Of a stretch of DNA of 64,000 nt, positions 12,386 through 25,386 are shown in pieces (the stretch's first letter is position 1; each line of letters opens with the position of its first letter). The notes beneath the pieces are model-generated. The model was not told where the DNA came from. It saw only the letters and a program-made list of their open reading frames with translations, and ran no database searches. Source of the DNA: Chiloscyllium plagiosum (taxonomy: Eukaryota); contig NC_057756.1 in NCBI RefSeq assembly GCF_004010195.1, forward strand, positions 4,634,504 through 4,698,503, read 5' to 3'. A program made the translations under genes and the position numbers.

Positions 12386-13019
12386 TGTCCATTTTGTTTA
12401 ATAATGGTCCAAAGAGCAGCATGAGCAATCATGAGATTGTAAATCGGAGAGCCATTCGTAATATTTAGAAATACACAGGTAGGAATGAAAATGTTGAATC
12501 TTCTGCTTGAGTAGTTCCTATACTGAGGTTTTCCACATCAGTAACTCGCGAACACCTTTCATTTTCATAACAAGACTAGTGTGGAGAAAGTGACAATGCA
12601 TGCCAATGTTCGAATTCATCAAAATAAGCACACACAAACTTAATTCATGTTTCAATGACCTCCTTAAAAAAAATCTACAGATGAAAAGAAACAGATTGTA
12701 ACAGAGAATGGTGTCCTGTTCTTCACTTTCTAAATGTAATAACTCTGCCTTTCTCAGTGTCTTGATGTTTCATCATTGCATATAATTTTGCAGCACATTA
12801 GGCTGACAAAATTCTGAAAAAAATCACGTTTATCACTGATCGCAATAGATCAGTAAGAAGACATTGTGTAAAATGTTCTCAAATTGCTCCAAATATATTA
12901 AACATTGCTTTATGTTTGGAAATTGCACTTCCCTGTTAAAACAGGTGATTGCAACTGTATTATTGAGCACTCGATCCCACTTATAATCAAAGAGGCTGTT
13001 CAGCATCTCATAAAAACTG

Positions 13020-13125
13020 GAAGAACTCTGGACGCTGTAAGTCAGAAACAAAAATAGAAGTTGCTGGAAAACTCAGGCGGCCTGTCAGCATCTGTGAAGA
13101 GAAATCAAAGCTAATGTTTCGGTTC
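13020..13125 (-). mobile_element. Penelope-derived short fragment (family 3)
   Basis: gttgctggaaaactcagg...cagcatctgtgaagagaaatcaaag is the reverse complement of the segment at about 58980-59045. Confidence 0.6.
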
Positions 13126-13915
13126 TGGGGGAACATGTTCAAGCTTGCATCGATGCCAGTCTCACGCAATTAAAGATATGTCACACCTGTATTGTCTCAT
13201 AGTTTCTGATTGGCAACTCTTCTGACGGTTATACCCTCCGAGAACATCAGTGCCTGAAATCGTTAGTAAAACTTTGTAATGCTGCATCTTTTTTTCAATA
13301 AGCAGTGCCTTGAATCATTATGGAAATCTCTGCTATTTTCAGGAATTTAATGTTGTGCTTACTGTTGTGTAATTCTGTTATCCTTACTATTTGAAATGAA
13401 TATGAGAGCAAAGCCATTCAGACGCATTTGAGTTATGAATGCAATAGTGAAACTAAGATATTTGCACACATGAAACACATTTGAATATCTGTACATTCAC
13501 AACGCAGGTAGCATTTCCACTCTCATATCCATGTGAGTACACCAGCACAACATAAACGTCAGAACACATGCAAACTACAGCGCAAGTTTCATGGTGGTCC
13601 ACCAATCACCCTTGGACATATCAGACTTCCTACTAATTAATGTTGTGGTCTTATCATCAATTATATCCTTTATTTGTTTATATAGCAGCGTTCATGCACA
13701 TCTCGACAGTAATTAATTGAAATTCCAAGATTTCTTCAAGGTTTTGTTGGTGTGAATTTAGCATTTATAGCAAAACAGTTTTTACACCATTTCTATTAGA
13801 CATTTCTGTACTGATTAATAGTATACTGGGTGTTTCCCATATTTAGTGACAAGATCTGGAACCGTCTTCGGGCTACCAGTTCTTGGCAATGCTGTTCTCA
13901 GAGCTCTTCCGTATC

Positions 13916-14782
13916 TGTCATATCCCTCAATCAATATTTTATATATGTATTTACCCGATATCCCATAAGACTGGGATAGTTAAATCACTACAGATACAAA
14001 TTAGTACCAATACAAAGTGACATAACTTCGTTAAGGAACAAGCAACAATAAGATTCGAACACAAGCAATAACATTCCATTTCTGCCCAATCCGCTTCATT
14101 GTTACAATACATCCCAACTTCTGTTGAAACTTTCCTTGGGTTTACAAAGCCGTTGTTCTCTTTCCCTCGAACTCCAGACAGTCAGTCAGACTTTACCTTT
14201 GCCGCGATGGTCTCTTGTTCTTTATCTCCAGAAGAGCCAAGATATTGATTCGTAGGTAAGCCCTGCTTTTGTAACATTTTGGATCGCTTTCCAGGACTTC
14301 CTATGTTTCTGCCAGTCAGGGAAATTCACTTAAAGTTTCAAAGCATTGCAAGTTTTTCGGATGTCTTGTCAAAGTTTACTTCTTTGTGTACGGAACCTGG
14401 GTAACTTTTTTTCTTGTTTCTTTGTTTAAAAAAATGCATTCCTCCTTGTTTTGATTGATACATTGTTGGGGATATGACTGTCCAAGGTAACTGTTGACGA
14501 GTTGTATTTAATGCCATTATAGAATGTTTACTCTGTTTGTACTGTGTAGAGTCTCTGTGTTTACAATTGGCAGAGCGTTACTTGACCAATCTTCTTAAAA
14601 TGAGAGCTCAGATCTCTCATGTTGCATGCCAAAGCAAACAGAACAAAATTATCTCGAGTTGTCAACTGAAGCAAGTTCTTGCTTCATTTAGTGGAAGGGC
14701 GAGATGGCTAAGTGAATACACCTTCAGAACCTCTCATGACATAAAGGAGAATGAAATCAATCAATCTGCCATCGCCATGACA
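13916..14782. mobile_element. Possible solo LTR
   Basis: Terminal TGTCAT...ATGACA inverted hexamers; no target-site duplication seen. Confidence 0.3.
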
Positions 14783-15039
14783 CTCCTGATTAAACAATAT
14801 TTGTTGTGAAATTAATCTCTCTGTGATCACAAGCAATCTCCATATGACGGTAAAATTTATTTCGTAAAGGAGGAAGTATCTGTGGACTTGCATGTTTAAA
14901 CTGCAAACTGCGTGAAACGCTGCCCATTATTAATTTGTTGAAGCATGCCAACATTACATCGTAATTCCAGTGCTACAAATCTGTAATCGATATTGCATGA
15001 GAAATTTGATCGGAAAAAACTTGTTTGAAACCTATTATT

Positions 15040-15094
15040 ATGGCAGGAAGATTCATGAATTTGATTGGTCTATTGTACCTGGCTCTCTTTACAC
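15040..15094 (+). pseudogene. Gene A leader exon (MAGRFMNLIGLLYLALFT)
   Basis: Kozak attATGG, hydrophobic core, donor CAC|GTAAGA in phase 1. Joined to 16944 it gives ...LFTRYFPAAFG|DAVVNAS, a plausible signal-peptidase site. Confidence 0.5.
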
Positions 15095-15469
15095 GTAAGA
15101 ATATGTTCTCAAAAGCAAATAATTAATTTGATATCTTTGTTACTTGTAATTCCAACATGGACAAAATGGTATCTATAACTGTGTTATTCACTAAATGCAA
15201 TGGTAAGCATATTATTGGTATACGAATATTCCAACATAAAAACTGTATTGTCCTTTCTTGATTTTTGTAATTTAAAAAAATTAAACTCGTGCTTAATAGT
15301 AATGACCAAATTCAGAATTTATGTTGGCATCTGGGAAAATTACGGCAGAAAGTAAATTTGAATTATTCATACACAATGCTGGACATGTATAATATTTCGG
15401 GCGGCATACAATTTGGACAAGAGGACGAAACTAATGCTTCAGATTGACATCATTTTACAATTGGAATGA

Positions 15470-16505
15470 TGGTAGAAGGCACAGGGTAACAGCGGAAGAA
15501 TGTTGTCAGATTCGAGGCCGATGACTTGTGAAGTGCCTCAGGGATTAGTGCAGGGATTGATGTATGTTATTGACTTCAAATATTTGTGCAAGAATTTTAA
15601 AGGCATGGTTGGTAAGTTTGCAGATGATGCAAAAATAGGAGATCTTGTGGACAGTGAGGAAGGTTATCCAAAATTACAGTTGGACATTGATCAATTTGGG
15701 AAGTGGGCCTTGATTTGGCAAATAGAGTTTAATATTGATAAGTCTGATGTATTGCATTGTGGAGAATCAAATCAAGATGGGTCTTCCATAGTAGGTTGTA
15801 CGGCATTAAGGAGTGTAATGGAAGAGAGGAACCTGAGATTAGGTTCACGGTTCTCTGAAAGTTAAGTCATAGGAAGACAGAGCAATGAAGAAGGCTTTTA
15901 TCACAATGGCTTTCATAAATCAGGGCATTGAGTAAAGAAGTTGAGAATTTATGTTGCAGTTGTACAGAACGTTGGTGAGGTCGCACTTGGAGTATTGTGT
16001 TCAGTTTTGGTCACCTTGCTTTTGGAAGGATGTTAATAAACTAGAAAGAGTGCAGAATAAATTTAAAAGGATTCTGTGTTGATTCGAAAAGTTTCGACAA
16101 GCAAGAACTTCTTTAGAGCATAGGAGACTGACTAGCGACCTTATAGAAGTGTTCAAGGTCACGAAAGGCATGGATAGTTTGAATGCATTCCATCTTTTTC
16201 TCAGTTTCGGGGAATCAAAGAAAAGAAGAGATCAGTTTAAGGTTAGGGGGGAAAGAATAAAGGGGAACCTGTGGGGCAACGTTTTTACACATACAGTGAT
16301 ACAATCAGCTGACAGTAGAAGTGATTGAGGCAAGTACATTAACAACAGTTAAAAGGCATTTGAATATATTACATGGATAGGAATGGTTTTGAAGAATATG
16401 GGCCAAGTGCAGGGAAATGTGGTTAGCGTTGATGTACATTTTGGTCAACATGGACCCGTTTGGGTCAAAGGGTGTGTCTCTGTGCTGTAGGATTCTGTGA
16501 CTTTA
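15470..16505 (+). mobile_element. CR1 LINE 3' part
   Basis: VPQGLVQG...KFADDAKIG...WQIEFN (RT domains 4-7), then EYCVQFWSP and 3' UTR. Confidence 0.92.
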
Positions 16506-16943
16506 TGCATACTAAAAAGTAAGAGCTGTTCCACATGTCATGTAAAGGAAAAGCAGTGAGAAAGGGAAAATGAAGTTAAGAAAAAAAGTGTATTTCTGCA
16601 ATTGTTTGAAAAGACCATGGGATTGAACAATGAACGGTTCCACGATTTGCAAGACAAATGTGGATTCCCGTAACAGCATTGAGAACAATAAGACCCAAAT
16701 GCCTTCGTTATTTTCGTCAAATTTATCTAAATTAAAAAGGGAATTATGTAAGACAAAAGATTGGGGATTCTTGAGATGCATTTCATTGCAAATGACCACA
16801 ATTTCAATCGAAGTAAATGAGAGCGGCTGAAAACTTGGTTAAACAAAAAAAATGGTAATACTAGACCATTAAAATATGTGCAGTTATGTTCGTTAAAATC
16901 TAACGTTTCATACCGTAGGATTAAAGAAAGATATCTTTATCAG

Positions 16944-17130
16944 GATATTTTCCGGCTGCCTTTGGTGACGCAGTGGTTAACGCTAGTCACATTTGTTTAT
17001 ACCAATTTCCGTTTTTTCATTGTTCGCGATTCTTTCAGGAAGGTGCAACGTGAAATTGCAACTTCCCTAGCTCTTGTGGTTTAGTGGAAACAGATGGCTC
17101 ACTGATTACAAATACATTCACATCTTTCCA
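16944..17130 (+). pseudogene. Gene A: decayed, truncated CD2/CEACAM-type IgV exon remnant
   Basis: Acceptor ctttatcag, phase 1. Pieces in shifting frames: DAVVNAS / FFIVRDS / EGAT*N / ALVV*WK / TDYKYIHIFPS, in V-domain strand order; needs several frameshifts. Confidence 0.33.
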
Positions 17131-17789
17131 TCAACGCAAACACGATTTCCCTGCACTTGGCCCATATCATTCTAAATATCTCCTACACCCATTCAAGTAA
17201 TTAGCACAAAGATTGATTTTGTCTAACTTTGAGCAAATTGCTGACCATGTGAACCTGGCACTGCAGATTGGGTTCCATCTGGCAAGGATTTTACATTAAG
17301 TTCATGTGATTTGTTTTTCAAGAGATGGTGTCTCGTATTAATCAACACGTGTCGTCAGCTTTGGCCTCAGTAATTATGGGCCTCTCCGCCATCTTAGGCA
17401 AAGACAGCACATTTTAACAGTTGCTTGATTTGTTCTCCTTCTCCACACACATTATAACATTTGTACATAGTCAAGAGTTACTTATTTCACATTTTATACA
17501 AGGAAAGAGGTCGATTGGTGGTTCATGATCATCAGGTGCCAATTAGCGTTCTGACAAACGTAATCACGTGTGAGTTTACTGGAATACAAAGTAAACTTTT
17601 CCACCATCAATTTTATTTAGTACTGCTTTTTGCAAATTTAATTACATTTCATTAATTATTGGGAAATTTTAATATTTCCATTGATTTGATCTCTCTTCTT
17701 ATCTCTCCTGTTATTTGTTTTGTCTATTAAATGTGCATTTTGTCTGTTGAATGAAGTAAGCAACATTAACAATTTTCTTTGAGGCTCAG

Positions 17790-18024
17790 AACGAACAAGT
17801 CGCATGTCCCTAATAGAACTGAAAGAATTGCATTGCTTACCCATAATAGGTAATGTTTGATATTTTGCACGTTTCTCCACGCAATGGAACTGAGTATCAG
17901 CTGTCCCGTACAACAGGCAGCGACTCACTTGCGAGTCAATCCGAGATAAATTTCTTCGTCTGTGTGATTCGATATTTATCCTCCATTCTGATTGTTACAG
18001 AAGACGCATACTGCATTGTTTTGT
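17790..18024 (+). pseudogene. Gene A: decayed IgC2 exon remnant
   Basis: EQVACP / IELKELHCL..GNV*YF / NGTEYQLS / FFVCVI / TEDAYCIVL in C2 strand order. Ends TTG T|ataagc, resembling a donor with GT>AT. Confidence 0.35.
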
Positions 18025-18344
18025 ATAAGCAAATTTGTTGTGTGTCTTATGTCAATTTACTTCTGGACGCAGAGCAAAAATCATTAATTACCTGTGGGTA
18101 AATCCAAGGATAATGAAACAATTGCACACTTCCTTTTGAAATGAATGCAATGGTGGGGCTAATGAATTAACTATTGTCATGCCTTTTCATTTCATTTTAA
18201 CTTTCAACTGGAGGGTATGCATCATTAGCATACAATTCCTCCAAATCTGCAAATTTCATTATGTTGGAAACTTTTCATCGTCGGGGTCACCCATTCTACA
18301 ATCACCTAAAATAGACCACATAATCTAATACTGTGATATAGTGG

Positions 18345-20962
18345 TTATTGCAGAGACTTGGATATCACAGGGGCAGGAATTATTCAAGGGTTTAGATGTT
18401 TCAAATGAAATTGGAGGGAGAGGCAAAAGAGATGGAGGAGAGGCATTGCTAATCGGATAGCTTCACCGCTGTAGAGAGGCAGGGGTCCAAGAGGATTTGT
18501 CTGCAGAGTCAATATGGGTGGAAGTCAGAAGCAGGAAAGGAGCAGTCACTTTATTTAGAGTTTTCTACAGGCACGCCCAATGGCAACAGAGGCATGGAGG
18601 AGCAGATCTTGGAACATTGCATAAGTAACAAGGTTGTTGTCATTCGTGACTTTAACTTCCTTCGCATTGATTGAAAACTACTTCGTTCAAATAGTTTGGA
18701 AGGAGCAGCGTTTCTCAGGTGTGTTCATGAAGGGTTCCTCAATCAATATGTTATTCGGCCGACTAGAGAGGAGGCCATACTTGATTTTGTGCTTGGCAAC
18801 GAACGATGCCAGGTGTCAGACCTCTCGGTTGGAGAGCATTTCAGTGATAATGATCACAAATCCCTGACCTTTATTATAGTCATGGAGAGGGATAGGAGTA
18901 CAGCTGATGGTATGAGAAAGTAGATAATAGGAGGAGAGGGAATTAAGATGCCGTTAGACAGGAACTGTGGCACCGAAATTGGGAACCAATGCTCTTAGGG
19001 AAATGCACAGCAGAAATGTGGAGCTTGTTTTAGAAGCATTGTGGATCGTGCTGGATAGGTTTGTCACACTGAGGAAAAGAAAGGATGTTAGGTTGAAAGA
19101 ACCTTGGGTGACAGGCGATGTGGGACATCTAGTCAAGAGGAAGAAGGAAGCTTACTCAAGGTTGTGGAGGCAATAATCACACAGACCTTTAGAGGGTGAC
19201 AAGGTAGTCAGGAATCAATTGAAGAATGCACTTTGGACAGCTCGAAGGGGGCGTGAAAAGATTTTAACTGACAAGAATAAGGAACAGGAGTCAGAGGAGG
19301 TAGGGGAGGTCCTTAACGAATACTTTGCTTAAATATTCACTACTGAGAGGCACATTGAAATTTCTGAGGACAGCGTGAAACAGACTCGAGTATGTTGATA
19401 TTAAGAAGGAGGATGTACAGAAAATTGTGAAAAACGTGACGATATGTAAATCCATTGGACCAGCCCGGATATACCCTTGTTCACTACAGGAGCGAGGGGA
19501 GAGATTGCTACATTTTTGGAGACGATCAGTGCGTCCTCAGTGTCCATTGGAGTCGAGCCAGATGATTAGAGGGTGACAGAGGTTATTCCCTTGTTCAAGA
19601 AAAGGAATAGAGATAATCCTTAAAATTACAGGCCAGTCAGTCATATGTCTGTGCGAGGCAAAGTTTGGAGAGGTCTCTGAGACACAACATTTATAATCAC
19701 CTCGAAAACCATAGTTAGATTAGAGATAGTCACCATGGCTTTGTGAGGGGCAGATCATGCCTTACAAACCTGATTGAGTTCTTTGAGGATGTTACAAAAT
19801 GTGGCAAAACACGTTCATATCCAGTAGACGTGGATTTTGTGGATTTTAGCATGGCATTTGATAAGGTTCCCCATAGTAGGCTTATCCAGGAAGTAAGGCG
19901 GTATGGGATACAGGTAAATCTAGCTGTCTGGATACAGAATTGACTTTCCCACAGAATACATAGGATGGTGATAGATAGAAGGTATTCAGCCAGGAGCTTG
20001 GTGACCAGTAATGCTCTGAACGGATCGATTCTGGGACCTTGGTTCTTTTTGATTTTTATAAATGACTTGAATGAGACAGTGGAAGATGGGATAGGTTTGC
20101 CGATGACATGAAAGTTTCTGGTATTGTGGGTAGTAAGGAGGGCTGTTGTAGAATGGGACATACCAACAGAATGCAGAAATGGGCTGATAAGTGGCAGACG
20201 GAATTCAACCTCGAAAAGGTGTGAAGTGATTCGGTTTAAAAGGTCGAAATTCAATGCAGAATACCGAGTTAAAGGCAAGATTTTTGGCAGTGTGGAGGAA
20301 CAGAGGGGGCTTGGGGTCCATGTCCATAGTTCCCTCAAAGTTTCCACTCAAGATGATAGGGTTGTTAGAAGGCATACGGTGTGCTGGCTTTCATTAGCAG
20401 GTGTATTAAATTCAAGAGCTGTAAGGTTATGCTGCAGCTCTGTAGAGTCCTGGTTAGACCACACTTGAATATTGTGTTCAGTTCTGGTCGCTTCATTATT
20501 GGAAAGATGTGAACGCTTTCGAGAGTGTGCAGAGTAAATTTAGCAGTGTGATGTCCGGACTGGAGGGCATGTCTGATGAAGAAAGGTTGAGGATGTTAGG
20601 GCTTTTATATTTGGAGTGAAGAAGGGGTGACTTGATAGAGTTGTGCAAGATGATGAGAGACATCGATAGAATGGGTAGCCAGAGTCTTTTTTATCCATGG
20701 TGGAAATGTCTAGGGAGCATACCTTTTAGGTAATTGGAGTAAGGTGTACGACAGATATCAGAAATAGGTTCTTTACACAGAGAATGGTGGATACATGGAA
20801 TGCACTGCCACCAGTGGCAGTTGAGTCAGATTAGGACATTTAAACGATGCTTGTCCAGACACATAGAAGATGGTACCATGCAAGTTATGGAGGTTAGTCT
20901 GAGTAGATAAAAGATGGCACAACATCAAGAGCTGAAGGGCCTGTACTGTTCTATGTTTAATA
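18345..20962 (+). mobile_element. CR1/HER1 LINE ORF2 (AP endonuclease, RT, 3' UTR), disrupted
   Basis: FLNQYVIRPTREEAILDFVLGNE...DNDHKSL (endonuclease); GRSCLTNLIEFFE...DFSMAFDKVPH (RT); multiple stops and frameshifts. Confidence 0.95.
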
Positions 20963-20966
20963 TAGA

Positions 20967-21220
20967 CAGGCGACTGACTGTGTGGAGTTTGCACATTCTC
21001 CCCGTGTCTGCGTGGGTTTCCTCCGGGTGCTCCGGTTTCCTCCCACAGTCCAAAGATGTGCAGGTCAGGTGAATTGGCCATGCTAAATTGTCCGTAGTAT
21101 TAGGTAAGGGGTAGATGTAGGGGTATGGGTGGGTTGTGCTTCGGCGGGGCGGTGTGGACTTGTTGGGCCGAAGGGCCTGTTTCCACACTTTAAGTAATCT
21201 AATCTAATCTAATCTAATCT
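20967..21220 (+). mobile_element. HE1-type SINE, 5'-truncated, young
   Basis: Near-identical to 53397-53643; (TAATC)n tail. Confidence 0.92.
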
Positions 21221-21475
21221 TTAATCGGCACAGAGAACTGGCCAATACACCAGGATTCACTATAAATCTCTCTAAAGTAGCATTTATGGATGAATGGGAT
21301 ATCATTTATAAATGTGCAGCAGGGCATCATTATTTTAATCTATTGTGCTTTTTGGATAGTTTGAATGTACTTGCGCTTGCACCATTGATGTCAAGTTTAA
21401 TTTCAAATCAGTGATACTCAGATTGGGAATGATAACTGTCCCACATTACATTGCATGTATTGGATTTTTTGAAAG

Positions 21476-21649
21476 ATCCACCATACGTCAAATCATATTA
21501 ATCAGCATTGATTCAAAATCTGTTGACATTAATACTGTTGATTATATCCATCTTCTCCATCTATTTCATCTTCATTTTGCGTGGTTGCTGTCAGTGCATC
21601 TCTGATTCCAGACATTGCAGAAACCTAATGAAGTCACTCTTCATCTTGT
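21476..21649 (+). pseudogene. Gene A: stalk plus first transmembrane exon with in-frame TAA
   Basis: Acceptor tttttgaaag, phase 1: xPPYVKSY*SALIQNLLTLILLIISIFSIYFIFILRGCCQC... TAA at 21499-21501. Candidate phase-1 donors after 21580 (C|GTGGTT) or 21649 (T|GTACGT). Confidence 0.45.
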
Positions 21650-21710
21650 GTACGTGCTGTCAGTGCATCTATGATTCCAGACATTGTAGAAACCTACTTA
21701 AGTCACTCTT
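21569..21710. repeat. 69-bp tandem duplication (about 2 units)
   Basis: tgctgtcagtgcatct(c/a)tgattccagacattg(c/t)agaaaccta starts at 21586 and at 21655. Confidence 0.9.
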
Positions 21711-21849
21711 TTGTCATTCTTCTGACATTGTCATTAATAACAGTATATTCTTCCATATTCTCACTTTCGAATATATCTCTGAAATTCTCTAAAACATTTG
21801 CCCAGATGTGAGCAGCTCCACGCTATCCAAGAAATGAAAGAACATCTTT

Positions 21850-23200
21850 TTTGGAATTGTTCTCATAAATCTTGTCTGTGCTTTCTATAATGTATTCACA
21901 TTCTTGTTATTTTTTGCTGCCAAAATTGAGCAAAGTATTGCAACTGAGGCTGATGAAAAGATCAATAAGTGTCACAACGAGGCTCTTCTTTATTTTTGGA
22001 CTTTAGACTTTCATTTGCAAAGGCTAGCATTGTGTATCAAAGATTATAATCAATCTTAAATACTTCTGTTACGCTTGGCAATTTATGTTCATATGACCTC
22101 TGAGCTTCATGAATATTTCGTTTCTTCATTTCTCTTTACTTGTGCCTTCTTACAAAACCAATGAGAAATCACTTATCTGCGCTAAATTCAAGAACGTATT
22201 TCAAAAAACTGCCAACATCTCTTCGAGTATAATTCTACTCTTATAACTCTACTAAATATGCTCCTGTCTGCAAAAACAATTAACATTTTACATCGTCTTT
22301 GTTCCATGATCAATCAAGTTTAAGTCATCTGAAGTACAACACTGTGAAATACCGATCCTTCTTGACTTCTGCATAAATTCCAATAGTCCGGAAAAACTGG
22401 AATCTTTCCCAACCATCTCTGTATTAGAGGGTTAACGTTTGCTGACAAGAATGTTATGTAGTACTTTATTGAACACATTTTGAAAATCCACATTATGGTC
22501 ATTTGCTGCACACCAGTTTTGAAATCCAAGTTAGTATGACAAAGCATGCGTCTTCTCATCTGGAAAGGAGGATGCTGATCGTACGTTAACGGTCTTTCCT
22601 CTACTTGCTGGACCAACGTTCTCTCCAGATCTTCTTACATTCCACTGTCATGTGCTTGAAGGATGTACATGTCAACGCTTAAACTACTTGGTGACACTGA
22701 TTACTTAAAAACCGACACCTGGAGTGTGATCCATAAATGAAGCTTCTGTCTCTCAGGCAGCGTTACTTCCGATTGGAAGAAAATAATATCTTTGATGCTC
22801 TGTACAAGATCAAACTCATCATTCCAGGAAATCAATTATCCTCTCGTCCAGATCAACTCGTGACCACGTTTATCAGAAACTATCAGTCTAAAGCAGGAGG
22901 ATTTTTTCCAGGATGACCAATGGGCATTCCTTTATTTGTAAGAAAGGGTAAATAATCCGTGTGTCTTTGCCAATCTGGCCCATTCTTCTGTGTTCAGTGT
23001 CTTTTAAACCTTGTTTGTAAGTCATCAAACCTGATTTTAAAACATACAATCCATTTTAGAACAAGTTTCATAGAATTTGTTGCAATGTCTATCTTTCCAA
23101 CCCTGAAGAGTTCTCCAAATATGCACTACTTGTTGAACGAGTCAGTATCGTGAATTAACTGGAAATGTTTTTAATATTTACCAATTGCATTCAGTTACAT
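21850..23200 (-). mobile_element. Very old CR1 LINE
   Basis: Minus-strand remnants QPQLQYFAQFW (about 21950) and VDFQNVFNKVLH (about 22490); boundaries approximate. Confidence 0.6.
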
Positions 23201-23676
23201 TGGCTCCTGGTGCTCAATTCATTTTGCATCTTTTACATTCTAAATCTTTACGCTATGTTATGACTCCCTATTGACGTTTCTGACCCCATTTATTCCTTGG
23301 CAGACAACGTTATGCTCAATGAAGGCATCGTATTATATTAAATATGGTTATTATCGACTGTGTCTTTTGATGCATTTCCAATTACATCCCAAAACATCAG
23401 GAAAAATATTCTGGCTCTGTTCTTTTAAGTACTCTTTTCACGACCCGACTTTGAGGAAATTGCTTTCGTTTTGCGAATTTGAGATTGTGCTTGTTTTCAA
23501 TAACGTTACTATAAAGAACTGGGTCATGTCATTCTCTACTAAATTAAATGTTTAATTTAATTTTTTTTGGCCATACAGTAAGGAAATGTAATTAGTATTT
23601 TATTTGATGTTTTTTTTTCAACTCGGCATTTCATTTGTGCCTGATTGAGATTTAATAAGTTTCTGTCACTTTACAG

Positions 23677-23772
23677 GTGTAGGGAGTTATATCGAAATAG
23701 CTTTTGCTTCGCTTGCATTATTGTTCCTTCTGTGTGTCCTGATAGTTTGCACGTGGATTGGATGTGAGAAGG
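23677..23772 (+). CDS. Gene A: intact 96-nt transmembrane exon (xVGSYIEIAFASLALLFLLCVLIVCTWIGCEK-G)
   Basis: Strong acceptor ttctgtcactttacag, perfect donor AGG|GTAAGT, symmetric phase 1-1, open, about 20-aa hydrophobic helix. Confidence 0.75.
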
Positions 23773-24149
23773 GTAAGTTTCTAACTTACATAATTTTATT
23801 CATTAACAATACTGTGAAATATATATTTTCGAGATGTACTGTCAAAATAGATATTATATTTGTACAGCCATAAGAATAGGCAATGAATGATTGGATATCT
23901 GGAGTTAAGAATATTCAATCAGAAACGAAGTAATGTATAACTCGCTATGCTTGTTTGATTCATAACATTTGTGCTGTCATTTGATGGACTGGATGAAAGA
24001 AGGAGAGAAAGAATATGCTTTTCCAAGTTGACATACAATTAGTGGAATGTCAGAAAGATTGCTAATGGGTGCCCACGGTACTGGAAATCTAAAACAATTA
24101 CTTAAGGGAAAACAGAGAACGTAAATCATCAAAAATTATAGAATGAACG

Positions 24150-24900
24150 CAATGGAAAGGCAAGAGATGAGTAGGACACTAAGACTCTCCAAAGAGACAA
24201 AGGCAAACAAGATCAAATGAATGGACGTGATAACAGATTGAGAATAAAATGTCGAAGTGTTTAGTTATTCACTTTGGTGGTTAGAATGGAAATGGAGAAT
24301 ACATTTACGTCGTGAATTTATTTTGTTTTAATTTTCAGGGCAACCTAAGTCTCTGTATACATGCCTGAACAAGGAATTAGCATGCAGATCAGGTACCAAA
24401 TTACGAAGGCAAATGTGTTTTTGCATGTTTTTGTCAACGTAAAAATTGCAGAGGACTTGATAAAATTACATAGAGCTTCTCTGAGGTTGCTGTTGGAAAG
24501 TTCTGTGAACCCCTAGTTTCCGTATGTAAGGCCATGTAAGATATTAATAGTGGTTCAACAAATTTTCAAGACATTGTCTCCGAAAGAGAGAGAGATAAAA
24601 GTCTGATTAATTTAGTCACTATATTCATTCGATGTTAAAAGGGGATCACTTTGAATATATAATTTTTTGAAGGGCTTGAAAACGCAGACACAAGGAAACA
24701 GCAACAAAAATAATCACATTTGCTTTTTAGTTGGGCACACAGTGAGCAGAGATTCATTTAATAAAACGGATGTGAATATTTGAAAGTCTACATCACAGAT
24801 GATTATGAAGCTCTATTGATGAATCTAATTAAGATTCAGATGACTTCTTTTTAATCCCTCAGACAATAAACAATATTAAGAGAATGTGTGAAAATCGAAG
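24150..24900 (+). mobile_element. Old CR1 LINE fragment
   Basis: Degenerate similarity to the CR1 3' ORF2 (tattcactttggt..., ttttcaagac...); boundaries approximate. Confidence 0.5.
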
Positions 24901-25279
24901 TCAGGCGTAAGCATGTCAATGGCTGCAGCAGTAGCAATAAAAGTGTTGTGTATTCCAAACCATAATTCATATTTACTAATATTCTCTCCGTTGTATTTGC
25001 TCTTTGTTTTAATGCAATTTATTATTACTGATGAGTTTGAAAAAATGTATTTATACATTTATTGCTCTTATTATTACTATTAAGACTATTATTATCATCA
25101 TTATTCTATTTATATTCCAATCCATAATTAGCTTCTGAGGTATCAAGTTTTATTGTTGTTAAACCTACTATGAGATTTATTTTCTAAAAGAAATAAATAC
25201 GCTAATCTAAACAATAACAACAAAAGAAAAGCATCGACGTGTAGAAAGGTCATTGTGAATCCTAAACTTTGTATTCCAG

Positions 25280-25293
25280 GTTCCACTCATTGA
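25280..25293 (+). CDS. Gene A: candidate next/terminal exon (GSTH*)
   Basis: Acceptor ctttgtattccag, phase 1, compatible with the 23772 donor; TGA at 25291-25293. Confidence 0.35.
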
Positions 25294-25386
25294 CTGACTC
25301 TGAAATCCGAATCTGCAGTAGAGAATTCATGTCTGAGAATCATTGTCCTCTGCAACTAGTTCATTCCTCCTAGAACAGAGTTACGC

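Noticed and set aside
12945..13036. Open segment between an acceptor and a GTAAGT donor
   Set aside because: The donor lies inside a Penelope-derived repeat and the peptide has no recognisable features.
15157..15202. Second leader-like mini-exon MDKMVSITVLFTKCN with GTAAGC donor
   Set aside because: Hydrophobic core too short; the 15040 exon gives a better signal peptide. Cannot be fully excluded.
16512..16799. Hydrophobic 95-aa minus-strand ORF with a good acceptor
   Set aside because: No donor, partner exons or family motif; AT-rich sequence readily gives hydrophobic ORFs.
19730..20347. 205-aa minus-strand ORF
   Set aside because: Antisense shadow of CR1 reverse transcriptase.
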